From the NCBI GenBank assembly GCA_043732705.1, contig JAYTHE010000003.1, forward strand, positions 10,352-74,351: DNA of 64,000 nucleotides, written 5' to 3'. This DNA comes from Candidatus Omnitrophota bacterium (GTDB lineage: Bacteria; Omnitrophota; Omnitrophia; Omnitrophales; Aquincolibacteriaceae). The translations under genes were made by a program, and so were the position numbers. Positions 31,901 through 40,900 of the stretch are shown piece after piece (the stretch's first letter is position 1; every line of letters begins with the position of its first letter). Below the pieces are notes generated by a model. That model was given only the letters and a program-made list of their open reading frames with translations. It searched no databases and was not told where the DNA came from.

Positions 31901-33083
31901 TTTCATCGCTCAAGAAACGGGCATGATCACGCTCATAGCGCGCGGCATCTTCCGGAGCCCATTCCAACCGCTGCCAAGCGTCCATCAAATCTGTCCAACG
32001 GCTTAATTGATCAAGCCAAATCTGCTGCGGCGTATTTAAATAACTACGGCGTAAATCACTATCCAAAGCCTTAAATTCCGAAATTAAATTTTCATTTAAC
32101 TTCGGAGTCAACCCGAGGAGTTTGATCCACGCCATAAGATTCGGAGAACTTTGAGACAAACCACGCTCCGTTAATTTGGCCTGAATATTTTCAACTGCGG
32201 AAGGGCTTAGTTTTAATGTCAGCTGCAAAAGGCCTACGCGCAAATCCACATCCCGGACTTTTCTAAACTCATGCATTAAAACCGCGCCATCCAGCTTCTC
32301 CATACCTTTTTCCAACTCAGCATATATGGCAACCTGCGGATAGTTTTTTAAATCCACACCTTGGCTTTGCGCGGAGGCAAGCAAGGGCTTCATCCACTCA
32401 GCCGTATTACCCGACGAAGCTTGAGATACGGTCACGTGATTCAAATAAGCAGGCGGCATCATTTGAGAAATCAATCCTCGCAAGACCCGTCGCCACGCGT
32501 CCAAGCGGCCCTGCATTTCTTCACGATTCTGGCGCACAAGCTGATCAACACGCAAATGGCGTTGATAAAGCTCCGCGTTTTCCAATCCAAAAATTCGAAT
32601 CGGCGCTTTCGTTTTGGACTCTGCGGCGGCATATTCCGCGGCGTTCACTTCATGCTGATTAAGCCAAAGACGGAAAACAGAATGGCGAACGGATTCATCC
32701 GGATAGCGCGTTGCCCAATCATGCCAAACTTCTCCCGCGGCGCCTTCAACTCCAATCATGCGAATATCAAATTTTTCAATTAATTGAGATATCGCGGACG
32801 CCGCATTCTCTTGGGCTTCAAGATGATAATGCGCGTCCTGAATAATAAAAACGGGCGCGGAGCTTTGACCTTCAAACGCACGGATGACTTTTCCGGAACC
32901 GCTTTGAAGCTGGATTTTTTTACCGTGAATAACAAAGTCTTCAGCGCTGTGATTAAAGGATTGAAAAACCGCGCTTTGAAAAAGACTTGGGGATGGATTG
33001 GCGTATGCGATGTCTTGCGCGAACATCGCAAAAATCACAACCACCGAAATAAACTTGAAGACGACCCTACTTTTAAACCCCAT
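22983..33083 (-). CDS. Giant secreted or membrane-anchored protein (3366 aa), giant protein 2.
   Basis: A continuous 10.1 kb ORF. The N-terminus MGFKSRVVFKFISVVVIFAMFAQDIAYA looks like a signal peptide. It shares the IQDAH / GGFHTPG N-terminal module. It also has a Pro-rich low-complexity region, a long E/K/A-rich coiled coil (…EAERLAAAEQQKKLEEAAKLAADEKLELQKQ…), a cluster of transmembrane helices and two R-S-E-x-R motifs. I could not recognise a catalytic motif by eye. Confidence 0.85.
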   Translation of the reverse strand: MGFKSRVVFKFISVVVIFAMFAQDIAYANPSPSLFQSAVFQSFNHSAEDFVIHGKKIQLQSGSGKVIRAFEGQSSAPVFIIQDAHYHLEAQENAASAISQLIEKFDIRMIGVEGAAGEVWHDWATRYPDESVRHSVFRLWLNQHEVNAAEYAAAESKTKAPIRIFGLENAELYQRHLRVDQLVRQNREEMQGRLDAWRRVLRGLISQMMPPAYLNHVTVSQASSGNTAEWMKPLLASAQSQGVDLKNYPQVAIYAELEKGMEKLDGAVLMHEFRKVRDVDLRVGLLQLTLKLSPSAVENIQAKLTERGLSQSSPNLMAWIKLLGLTPKLNENLISEFKALDSDLRRSYLNTPQQIWLDQLSRWTDLMDAWQRLEWAPEDAARYERDHARFLSDETLSKVLELSKHYRVETTDQKWQALFDANTWAPWLEFYVLALKRDAQLAANTQKILKIAGSKPVLIYAGGFHTPGLERALKSQSISYVTIRPAIRREQDVSEKAAYERALDGHGGFFEKFLKQSVIAANRRSQRIPFELATPDSFPTLGDNVPQGSQAVFEHGGLSLFTFATLVSGNTSFEKLNFSELTVPSQTAWSNVHVESQENQGATGLVTLTTGLGVTDFRWKRHSAHSGHGWQTLDDIDFRLSGQLDPQYLASAVVNTVSAANEGTSFGNLLPSGLLASERETGLVRSEVRAPKPTEKIEKPVIERRPTFIKRVFGHFQFLFFALAGLIAFSASAVAAPKKESAKSKAAAAEVAREKNSEKVKTGLKKLGVSFFQRGRVKDQVVSGKTQVTVRKSILGLPIGAREFKHVSPSLRAGIKLEQAKENGGEVKSSSQSASVKKKTVTASRTKSASPKVASKKMPQTRGNQRVVAVHGTNSGKQADFIDPLQPVAPVVANNPTTVFSRAAQQFVLPPATIPAKQNPVTQFLNTYVAPFVLSPNRAASSPVKASEQTMLGSVSAPEELPLIPVSAFAKLGNLPRSSLPLDFVPVPKLSLPPTTVISHSSVAVPQLATQVEAVAPETKPSGWLQKMMANETQARLTAMQHQQEAERLAAAEQQKKLEEAAKLAADEKLELQKQVAARQLEESERIKSEKAAELARLEAELVKRELERQSAAKVANPQPESPGESRWSKFAGFFSDKYNTWIYFPATKGIKFVDSKIDQIDFLNNHPRLKSWIAFWPVAAWLILTTMFGWIYFKIFHRKTTTAPIGISTNAASVAQIPASALEKGLFLGQLPSLQAGLEGWSADEVDSLRAAIEAKFDTDTESQIYEEAVPQNGGSLFQYLYRLYDLIGEKRREESPVASAAGNFSSRNSWKMWVWPAFEMVGGLSVIFLLGINSLIVLKAIVAFRLAWTGTFILNEWGHTIMSLLVGKPDLSLKNWLGGKSVWHWIASVTPGMPLILGAFTHFIDAGKWRMSLIRWFGWAFSTGIAGWAVLTLFPEIKALWLVPTLELVSNWQNYFNASMLNHWIQSPVLFFSAGIVIIWSFFKDILFPPADPHKACCGNEDQVLDLSDVDPNEKSAYFAEELFIMEQIDAITQVRGGQAKGGRIYLKTKDGKTILLDIKILVGRRRSVSEEWRREVQKGIKKILRNLKNADSVSFHMHIRFGTSSRPAIIETHPFVFDKPMAVDYRYQDSEGNWQTKRVENFQNLASANGDNDFFAYFEDGIGTLKGLDHTQQGMWLESVLDIDNATLGDSPKLAGLLDLLHTKGMWHASFRLAFQDAAGRSFEAAFKNGKLSKDPANRAAPTRKQIAEFTQAWEAHFSQQIARHPKAGQDQIQGWVKDFILRSQTSNQFSFAKRIPADRIESFAARATEVFAWNDLYSAVLIIQKRGSGSYGFVASDTLDPAGVVFAGFLQPLSIAFHESGQRYVVLSEKLAAQVKLPDGKPAYTGRYDLEQTKGQILAIDKGTDGKFRIRGINLTGAKELTDAEVRQSGRFIPLTGNPNLQTIPDNILDPDSWIPENLRLMAFHFKLLDNSWVSEGGESENQLSGEALWNLMRLQWIESQLMEFSVGPGNKFSADSHDMNMFVKAQVGMIGQKLEAGKLNQKNLKSEIALAQKKILAEQVEKNERDAERASKKVKRAKKAEEVQSHFVLPVKPAKNSQPVKMVLVGVENSEDTSRLGTKLMELKFGNYDAVSVDGNVLLEAFNNKHLDGSPIRVGADDSRSFYVDENTIYIFTTSTGQQFASVNDAAAAKDMEKIEMQLRHQTQMMNLREYSRGRVFGMANKDTVLAGILGQKSHLHAKWVNRLFLPFPGEDNISFHPSEVATVALQVQNRSMAHLVLFLSLQAAEMGDMHPFGFDASKGEIEKDRTALLKSVSEFGQYVGYDTEGKPLKDQRRHREIKNSMDETRSHIFESPLKWLVGKFYPFLILVVGAVIVYYKHDNIFLPSGWFAAPGSLLAAILYGSINFIVVAAVPYIAVFSYRLVRSILKAMIQNWAQIKTNSLQAFVWSFSKWFFKLIFRADFSRLLVSQTLPGVALVESPLNIRIIWQFWNKLFSDAPSIVRVFAQRLSHTEAAHYGPPMVNTASHVVNTIPDGKLLGLWQRAKASELFGKQADGIASLPFRFLERWFGLARISPNIMTITQDSGKRLAGQKNLVIHNDLAKEVSVHAEFVQSLREHLKISDAAAESIRKAFDDMRFQNQFYDAQVTEARRLVREILSAELKNGNLYAAETLTADYFERQRDHILFFEFAVAGQLRITTFYVAAFDVASKIRKSTYNIFRAVASPFVNLGKWLFGTASKIRAATTASTQSGAPVAAAIRRLLQATGIVLDENEPEYYYHGSLPFTVVTQDESSFREFMFSRPAAQAKKQKTPPLKSNFTLVRLALKMGQPRLAEAQRSGQGIAELIAWQSQDLLPLTEQINDEILKPSNLDEKRLVEELLALQTAILKLSKPAALSGPAASVQGKSNFSMAHVRLAVSLGKKRLDTVRKTGQGAAELLQWSETSLAPRAEEIVEGKISTSGEADHKTIEELSALQADISALSPHKKAVIKHVEVDAEDLAEQLRQGVNKELAFDGKIEPNADLEKEVAALEARVSGLNGDLGAFGLKLLELAPRFQHDGVDVMVRQKFGTLRMTIAEKLQVLAEAEGELLRQFLPPENVESPNLIGKRRRTDMGRSSKIVRPKLPSGTNPKQERVSKVLAVLKQTKVAGNEKAPPKAPQKKKKGDSGKNRSEFRDLSAALSESASVASELETARLQKLLAQLPSVDFGASSFAQTSGYVLLVNPDALLIQSMASSSPNKKLVLYFDKDSEVKVVALKQQLPSVNAKWILQSQSGPLDAYVRFMKGNQRIDANEVVEVRASSAMNSLSVEQQAMRVAQLLGSTPEALVVYGNRGAPLAGVRNLSIVDVLENFVMSARRFSTQA

Positions 33084-33321
33084 ACTCCCCCACTCCTCTT
33101 CGAACTAAATTCTAGAAATCTCCCAGTACACGGTGCGAAACTTTCTAAAATCATTTATCTAACGTTTATATAGATGCATAGACCATGCCAACTTTTAAAT
33201 TCAATATAAGTCATTGATTTCATTGATGTTAGAACATAACAGCGAAGTAAAAGGCAACTAAATAGCACCACAAAACGGTGGAAAAATTCATTTTTGGAGG
33301 AGAATAAAGGCCGGAAATGAA

Positions 33322-33353
33322 AAAACGCAGGTATCCGAAGATACCTGCGTTTT
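33322..33353 (-). terminator. Rho-independent terminator downstream of the DEAD-box helicase gene.
   Basis: A perfect 14-bp stem (aaaacgcaggtatc / gatacctgcgtttt) with a cgaa loop. On the minus strand it is followed by TTTTTTT. Confidence 0.75.
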
Positions 33354-33454
33354 AGAACTTACCTATCAGTTTTTAAGCTGACTGCGGTTGCGCTTCAGCG
33401 CAGAGCTTAAATGTGACTCATGCAGTTGAGCCGAAAGGCTCAGAGCAGAAACAA

Positions 33455-34759
33455 TTAGCGTCTGCCGCGTGGACCAAAAGAGCGCCCACCTCCGCCAAAA
33501 CCGCCGCGTCCACCGCGACCACCGCCGAAACCACCGCGGCTGCTCATTTGCCGAGGGTTAAGACGGCTCGAAGAACCGCGACTACGATCAGGAAATTTTG
33601 CGGAAGGAACATCGGGATGTTCAAGAACAGCAAGCTGTTTTTGAACCAAACGTTCAATGCGCGCAACTTCCATATATTGATCAGGCATCGCGAAAGTGAC
33701 CGCGCGGCCATGATGTCCGGCACGGCCCGTACGGCCAATGCGGTGAACATAATTGTCCAAATCATCCGGAAGATCATAGTTCACAACAAGTTCAATCGCT
33801 TGGACGTCAATACCACGGGAAGCGATGTCGGTTGCAACAAGCACGCGATAGCGTCCTGTTTTAAAACCATCTAAAGCTTCGCGCCGCTGACCCAAAGTAC
33901 GGTCCGAGTGAATCTGCGCAACATTGATTCCGGCCTGATGTAAGCCGCGGGCGATTTTAACCGCGCCGATTTTTGTGCGTGAAAAAATAAGAACGCTGCC
34001 CTTTGAAGTTTCGAGAAGTTTCACGAGCAAGCCGTTTTTATTTTCTTTTGCAACAATGTACATTTCTTGTGTTACAAGATCTGATGTTGTTCCGGGCTTT
34101 GCGATTTCAACGTAAGCCGGAAGTTGAAGATAAGTCGAAGCCAATTGCATGATTTTCGGCGGCATGGTCGCGGAGAAAAGCATGGTTTGACGTTCTTTCG
34201 GAATCTGTTTCATCACTTGACGAATTTGGGGTTCAAAGCCCATATCGAACATGCGGTCCGCTTCATCCAAAACGAGACAGTTCACATCACTTAAATTAAT
34301 CGTGCGCTGTTCCATATGGTCGAGCAAACGTCCCGGCGTCGCGAGGATAATACGCGGCTGACGGCGAAGCGCCTGAACCTGCATATGCATCGAAGCTCCG
34401 CCAATCAAAAGCGCGGTACGCATATTAAACTTGGGCGCAATTTTATTCATGGTTTCTTCCACTTGAGCAGCCAGCTCACGTGTCGGAACCACGACAAGGC
34501 CTTTGCCCTTCATAGCAGCCAAGCGCATAATCATCGGAATGGCGAACGCAAGCGTTTTGCCGGTTCCGGTTTGAGCGATACCAATAAGATCCTTACCCTC
34601 AATCGCAGGAGGCAAAGCCTGATGCTGAATGGGTGTCGGATGCTTAAATTGCATTTTATCGAGAATTTCCAGGATCATCGGCGCAATGCCGAGTCCATCA
34701 AAAGAGTGCTGATTTTGTACCGGGACAGCAGAATCCGGAGTTTTTGTAGTTGTATTCAT
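33455..34759 (-). CDS. DEAD-box ATP-dependent RNA helicase, with an RGG/Gly-Arg-rich C-terminal tail.
   Basis: Contains the Q motif, AQTGTGKTLAF (motif I), DEAD (LVLDEADRMFDMGF), SAT and HRIGRTGRAG (motif VI), plus a C-terminal GGRGGRGGFGGGG tail. Confidence 0.9.
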   Translation of the reverse strand: MNTTTKTPDSAVPVQNQHSFDGLGIAPMILEILDKMQFKHPTPIQHQALPPAIEGKDLIGIAQTGTGKTLAFAIPMIMRLAAMKGKGLVVVPTRELAAQVEETMNKIAPKFNMRTALLIGGASMHMQVQALRRQPRIILATPGRLLDHMEQRTINLSDVNCLVLDEADRMFDMGFEPQIRQVMKQIPKERQTMLFSATMPPKIMQLASTYLQLPAYVEIAKPGTTSDLVTQEMYIVAKENKNGLLVKLLETSKGSVLIFSRTKIGAVKIARGLHQAGINVAQIHSDRTLGQRREALDGFKTGRYRVLVATDIASRGIDVQAIELVVNYDLPDDLDNYVHRIGRTGRAGHHGRAVTFAMPDQYMEVARIERLVQKQLAVLEHPDVPSAKFPDRSRGSSSRLNPRQMSSRGGFGGGRGGRGGFGGGGRSFGPRGRR

Positions 34760-34803
34760 CCGGACATTATAGAGGACGAACCCATATCCATGGGTTTTAT
34801 TTT

Positions 34804-34846
34804 CACCCTAACCTTGTACACATCGGATGTGTACAAGGTTAGGGTG
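34804..34846. repeat. Family-B palindromic element, intergenic between the helicase and giant gene 3.
   Basis: The perfect 39-bp palindrome ccctaaccttgtacacatcggatgtgtacaaggttaggg. Confidence 0.75.
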
Positions 34847-34881
34847 GGGACAATTTACAGGTTTGAGGAGGAATAAAAAAG

Positions 34882-34897
34882 AGAGTCGGAAAAGCGG
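34882..34897 (-). terminator. Possible terminator hairpin downstream of giant gene 3.
   Basis: A stem aaaagc/gctttt with a 4-nt loop. On the minus strand a T-rich run (ctctttttta) follows after a short spacer. The stem is short, so confidence is low. Confidence 0.35.
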
Positions 34898-34921
34898 CGG
34901 CTTTTTATTAAATGGGAATGC

Positions 34922-37900
34922 CTACGCAGCGGAAGCGAAAACTGAGAAAATCCGCGCGAGATGTTGAACTTCGCCGAGAATTCCGGCGCGGTCATAAAAC
35001 TTTTGAAGCTGTCCGGTTGTAAAACGAATGAGCTCATCGAAGTCCGGCAAAGCCTCTTCTCCCGCAAGCGCCATTCCCTGAATACGGGTCACGCCATGCC
35101 GGGTCAGCCAAACACGAGCTTCCCGGATATTCTCCGCGACGAAAATCCGTTCCGTAAGTTTGTTCGTCTGGATCCACTGCACCGCTTTTATTTTTTCAGA
35201 TCCGCTCGCAATCAGCGCGAACGGCACGCCTTCAAAAACTTCTTTGGCCGCCGCTAAAAATCCTTCGCGCACTAAAGCCGGAGAAAGCACAATTCCATCC
35301 TTGACCTGAATATCCACTCCCAACATTCCTGTCAGGTGAGCAAGGTTTTGCTTTTTCTGCTCTGTTGAAACGAGAAGCGGCAAAACCGCCAAAAACTCTT
35401 CGTGATGCTTGAGATAATAAACCGCGTCTTTCACTGAAAGAATTCCATCGGCAAATAATCTTGCCGCCATTATTTTCAAAGCTATGATTTTATTTTTCGG
35501 CACAACAACCGGCTCGATCGCCCTATGTTCAGACCTTGCTGTTGCTTTCACTTCCACTTTCTTTTCTAGACGCATTTCGGAGCGCTCAAATAACACTTTT
35601 CCGGTTTTATCTACTGTTAAAACATGTTCATCCTCAACATATGCTTTAAAAACTCCGTCTTCTTCCCTGATCGTATGCCTTTGAGCGTGAAAGTCTAGGG
35701 TTCCAAATAAAAATTGTGGGGCGAGATACACTTCATCGTCATAGTAAAGCCGCTGAGCCTTTCCCCCACGAACATCGATTGAAGCTAAGCCTTTTTGGGT
35801 TTGAAAAAAAATACGCTCAAAAGGATGCGGAACCCACTTAACGTCACGCGGATAGATTTGAAATTTCATGCGTAGCACCCCTAATTCATCAGCCATGTAA
35901 TCTGCTAAACCTGAAGTTTGGGCAAACCCTCTTCTTTGCATATTAACAAAATGCGACAAATCATCGATGCTAACCTCAGCTTGCGGAAGCATGGTCTCGG
36001 CAAGTGAATTAAATAGCCTGTCTGTTGGAGCTTGAACAGCTCCTTCATTCCCCCAATAAGCAACGGATGTTTTCTTTTGATCCATTAAAAGAAGCGCCAT
36101 AATTCTAAAAACACTTGGAGCAGAGCCTTTCGGTGAAGGCTCATTTGTTATTTCCGCAAAAGGAATATGCTGAATATCATTTAGATTAATACCGGGCTGC
36201 CAATCAATGAAAACGGGCCCTTCTTCTATTTCTGCTGAATGCACAACTCCATCGCCATTCGAATCTAAAACTATAAAAGAACCATCTGCCATACGTGTGC
36301 GCACCCGAACAATTTTTCCGGCCTCCCAAATTAAGTCATCCACTAAGTTTCCATTTAGATCTTCCGTTTTGATCCAATGATCACTCTCGTCGAAAATTCT
36401 TTTTGACCCTTCCAGCATGGTTTGCACGCGTATTTCGGCGCGCTGGCTGAGAGAACCGGTATCATCCCGTGATTCCGACCGATATTTTTTCTGCATTTGT
36501 TCTAAGACATATCCGAGCGATTCTTTGAGCCCCTGCCTGTCATGATTCCAATCTGTGGGCCAATCGTTGCTGGCAGCAAAAGCATAGTCATGTATCTTTA
36601 TCATGATGTTCAGCAACGGAGCAAGGCTTGCTTGGGCAGTGCTTAATTTCTGTTCGCTACTTAAAACCATAATGTAGGTTTGCGCTGCGAATGTTTTAAG
36701 TTCATCGAGGTAAGCATGCCGCGCACGCATTTCTTCCGGGTTTTCTGCGAACGCGGTAAATTCCCATCTGCGGTTGATTAAATCTTGTAGGATTTTTAAA
36801 GTATTTTTTGGAAGATTGTCGTTCGTCACGCGTTCAAGCTCAGCTTCCAACTCCTCAATCAGTCTTTCATTTTCGCCCGCAAGATCCATACGTCCACCCA
36901 ACATAAGCTCAAAGACAAAGCCTGCCGCTTGAATGCCTTGTCGGGCATAAAGCTTGTCTGCCGGCATTTTTAAATGCTGCTGTAACTCAGTAATAACTTT
37001 TTTCCAAAAATTAGTATACGCCTGAGCCGCTTCAAAAATAACATAGCTCTGATTTCTGCGCTCTGCCGTCATAACATCTGTCACCATGAGATGTGCGCTT
37101 AGCACATCCAAGCGCCGCTTATGGCTTTCGACTTTTCCAAGCAAACCCCCTAGATCATCCGGTGTAATATCACCTTTTTGACTAAGCCGCTGAAACTCTT
37201 GGCGCAAATCCGTGGCCGAATGCTCTAAGCTAAATTCAACGCCTTTTCCATAACCACTTGTCCGTTTCCAAATTTGATTAAAACCTTCTTCATTCGTTAA
37301 AACACCCGGATAAGCTACCTTCGCCTGGATGATGACATTTTGCCTTTCAAGATCTTCCCACTGACCATAAAGATATTTCACAGATTCAGCAGGCGTACGA
37401 ATCTCCGAGCGAGAAGGCGAATTCGAAGCAGCGCGAAAACCTATTTTGAGATGATCGATCGCGCCTCGAATGCTATCAAAAACAGGATAGCCACTACGGG
37501 TTAAGCTCCCTTGAGACGGTGGGATAAAGGAAGCGCCAAAATAAACCGCCGCCGCAGAAATAAATAATGCCGGAATCCATGCCCCACTCAGCGCGAGGCC
37601 AAGACCGGTGAGACCTGCGGCAGCCAAACCCAAAACGGATTTCCAATTAAAATTCTCGTGTGAAAATGATTCACCATTAAAGTTTTCGCGCGACATTCGC
37701 CCTACATGACTCTCCGCAACCTCAAGCTTTTGATTGCTCCGTGCTTCGGAACGCTGTTTTTTAAAAGGTTCTTGCGATGCAATCATTCCGGCCCATTTCG
37801 CAAGAGCAGGCCGTTCTTTTTTGGGAACCTTAAAACCCGGAATGGGTCGAATCTGTAGAAGATAAATAACGGAGTCCTTGATCGCAAATTCGACTTGAAC

Positions 37901-40900
37901 GACATACCCAAACCATTCTTCAAGCGCCAAAGTAATGTCTGTTAACTCGGCAATCTGCGCGCGCGACAATGAAACGGTGTTGCGTTCTTCAGGCGTAGTC
38001 TCAACATTCATTGTGGCGCCTTTGCCGTCGACGATTGTTTTCTTTCTTTTTTCCCCCGGAAAAATCTGCGGAATTTTTGTCACCTTATCGACAACAATGG
38101 CATCCGCGTCTTGATCGGCATCAACGATGGCTTGCCCTAAACCATAACCGGCATTGATCACCATAAAACCACGATCGTCACTTGAAATCTCAACGGATGA
38201 AATGACCCCGGAAGTATCAGCTGAAATAAGCTGCTGAATGACGGCTCCCTCATCTTTCAATAGGTCAAAAAAATCCGCAGGATCAGCATCCCACAAATAA
38301 CTCAGTGACGGCTCTCCATAAAGCGACGCCCATGTCTGTCTGAGATATTTTTCGACAAGCGCGGGGGTCGTTGCGCCCAAATTTGTGGCAAAAAGACCTG
38401 CTGCTGAAGAGCGAGGGGTGTCTTCTAATTTTGTCGACGACCGCACCGCCCATAGCCCACCTGAAACAACTCGTGAAATTTCTTCGGACATTTCTTGCGG
38501 TAATTCCTGAGCAAGAAACGCCTCCTCGATTTTTTGTGATTTTTCCTTAATACTTAAAAGTCTGTCTGCCAATACGCTCTTAACGTATGCTCGTAAAGTC
38601 TGCGCTTTCGGCCCCTGCCCCATAACAGTCTGATCGAGAAACTCATTAAATGCATGGGCTGTCACCGCGTAGCCCAAAGCCACGGACAAACGCATTGATT
38701 TATTTTTCTTCTGTCCGTTATACCAATCAACAAAGTGGTTCAGCCAGCCGAGATTGGCTCCTTTATTGCCCGTAATCTCATAATAATCAATCCCAGTATC
38801 AGAAAGCGCGATCAACCTTTTTTTTCTTAAAGCATCTCTTCGAGCGCGTCGCTGTTTTTGAATTTGAACGGCATCTTTCTTTAATTTTGCGACTTGCTTC
38901 TGATTTATTTTTTCCAACCGAATGCCTAGTTTTTCAAAAGCGGCCACACGCTCAAGAATACGCGCTAAAAGAAAATAAGTTTCTTGATTAAAAGGATGTT
39001 TTTTATTTTGCTCAATAATCTCAGAGACCCTTTCTTCAAGTTGTGCCTTGAGATGGCGAATCGTCTTTTGAATTTCTCCAAAAACACTCTCTTGCTTGCT
39101 GTTTAGATCAATGCCGGGCTCACCCAAAACAATTTCCCCGAGAAAGCTTTGCACCGCTTGAAATGCCGCAACTTCGGTTCGCAAACGCCGGATTTCATAG
39201 TAAATTTGATCCAAGCGCGCAACGACACCAACAGCCTCTCTTGCGCGGCTAAAATCACGCAGTATTTGCCCTTTCGCGTGACGGTATAGCGTTTTCAAAT
39301 AGGCTTTAATACCCTCTCTTAATTCATCGTCTGCCGGCGATAATAAATTTTTTAATTGCTCAAAATACTTCCCTTCGCCGCTCTGAAACAATTGCGCTAA
39401 ACTTCCACGTTTATGCGCGGGGGAAAGCAAGGTCCCGTCAAAAATAATTTGTCGCAGGATAAATTTTACAAGCAAAATATTTTTTGCCTGAACGGCCCTG
39501 GAAATGATCTCAATTAGTTTTTGAATCTGCTTTTCAAGTTCACTTGCGGTAGCTGCTTTTTCAATCGAGCTGATCGTGTGATACGCCTCGAGAACAACAG
39601 GATCTTTTCCAAGCCAATGAATCATACCCGTTGTCCCATTGATGGTAACCAGATCGCCCTCTTCGATTCGGATATTTTCTCCGTCCGTTACAGCCTGAAT
39701 TAAAGGGTAACCTTGAAAGTTTTCGGCGCGATCCACAATTTTTCCGGAGATTTCCAGCGCCGCGCCCCCTCCGGAAGACGGCTTTAAAACAGCGTGAGAT
39801 ACTTGAACCCGCGGCTTTCCAAAATGTTTTGCGCGAGTATTGAAATGATCTAGCTTATTCCCTACTTCGGATATAACCCCATTCGCCATTCTCAGAAGGT
39901 TAATATTGCCTTCATTGAGCGTGGAAACATATAAAATATCTCCTTCTTGCGCACCCTCACTGAAGCGAATTGGGCCGGTGGCAGTACCAGGAAGAAATCC
40001 AAACCCTTGAATAGCCTCACCCGTATAAATCGAGCCTTCAGCGGGCGTTCGAAACTCCATCTCCAAATTGTCTGCCAGCCGCGCATAGTCTCCGGGCTGA
40101 CTTTTTGAGACATGAATTTCTATGTTACTCCTTGATAACAAAATACTTGCCGCATCCGGAGTCAACAACTGACCTTGACTCCAAATTCCCCCCGCCAAAA
40201 GACTTTTTTTGTCCGCGGATCGCACTAAAACCACTTCAATCGTTCCCGTAATCAGGCTCACTTCCGCTGAGTAAACCATCGCTTGTCCAATGAGCCCAAT
40301 ATGCTTTAGTCTAAATGTCGTATTGCTTACCATTTGACCCATCTGAATTAAATTTTCGCGCTTTGACAAGTCTTGCCAAGTCTCAACAAAATTTCTGATA
40401 GGCGAAGACGCAATATAATGGGGATTGATTTCATATCCATGAGCCCCTTGAATAATTCTTCCGGCGTTCACGGTGCGACTCACTACGGAATTAAAAAAAG
40501 TTTCAATAAAAATCTGCCCAAAGACGGCGCTATCATATTCAGGCATCGCTTCCAACCCCAACGCTGCCAGGGTTGATTGCAAAGCAGAGTGAATTTTTTT
40601 TCCATTCTCGCGGAACTCCACATTTTGCGCGTCATCATACGGTTCCGGAGATTCCCAAAACTTCCCCTTACTTACGACAATTTTCTGTGGAACCGCCGCG
40701 GTATCATCCTCTCCTGCGGAACTTTTTGTGTAATTCATCGGAATATCAATGGGTGTGACTTTGCCCGCGGTCAAAATAATTTTTTGAGACCACGCCTCAA
40801 TAATTTGATCAAGCTCGTCTTTTGAATAAGATTCGGCAAGATCTCTAAGCGCCTGATCCGTATTTACAATCCGAAGCAGCATATCCATCGCAATTTTTGT

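Noticed and set aside
33413-34876. Plus-strand ORFs of 153 and 186 aa overlapping the DEAD-box helicase gene.
   Set aside because: They are antisense to a gene with complete helicase motifs. The Ala/Thr/Arg-rich composition is typical of shadow frames.
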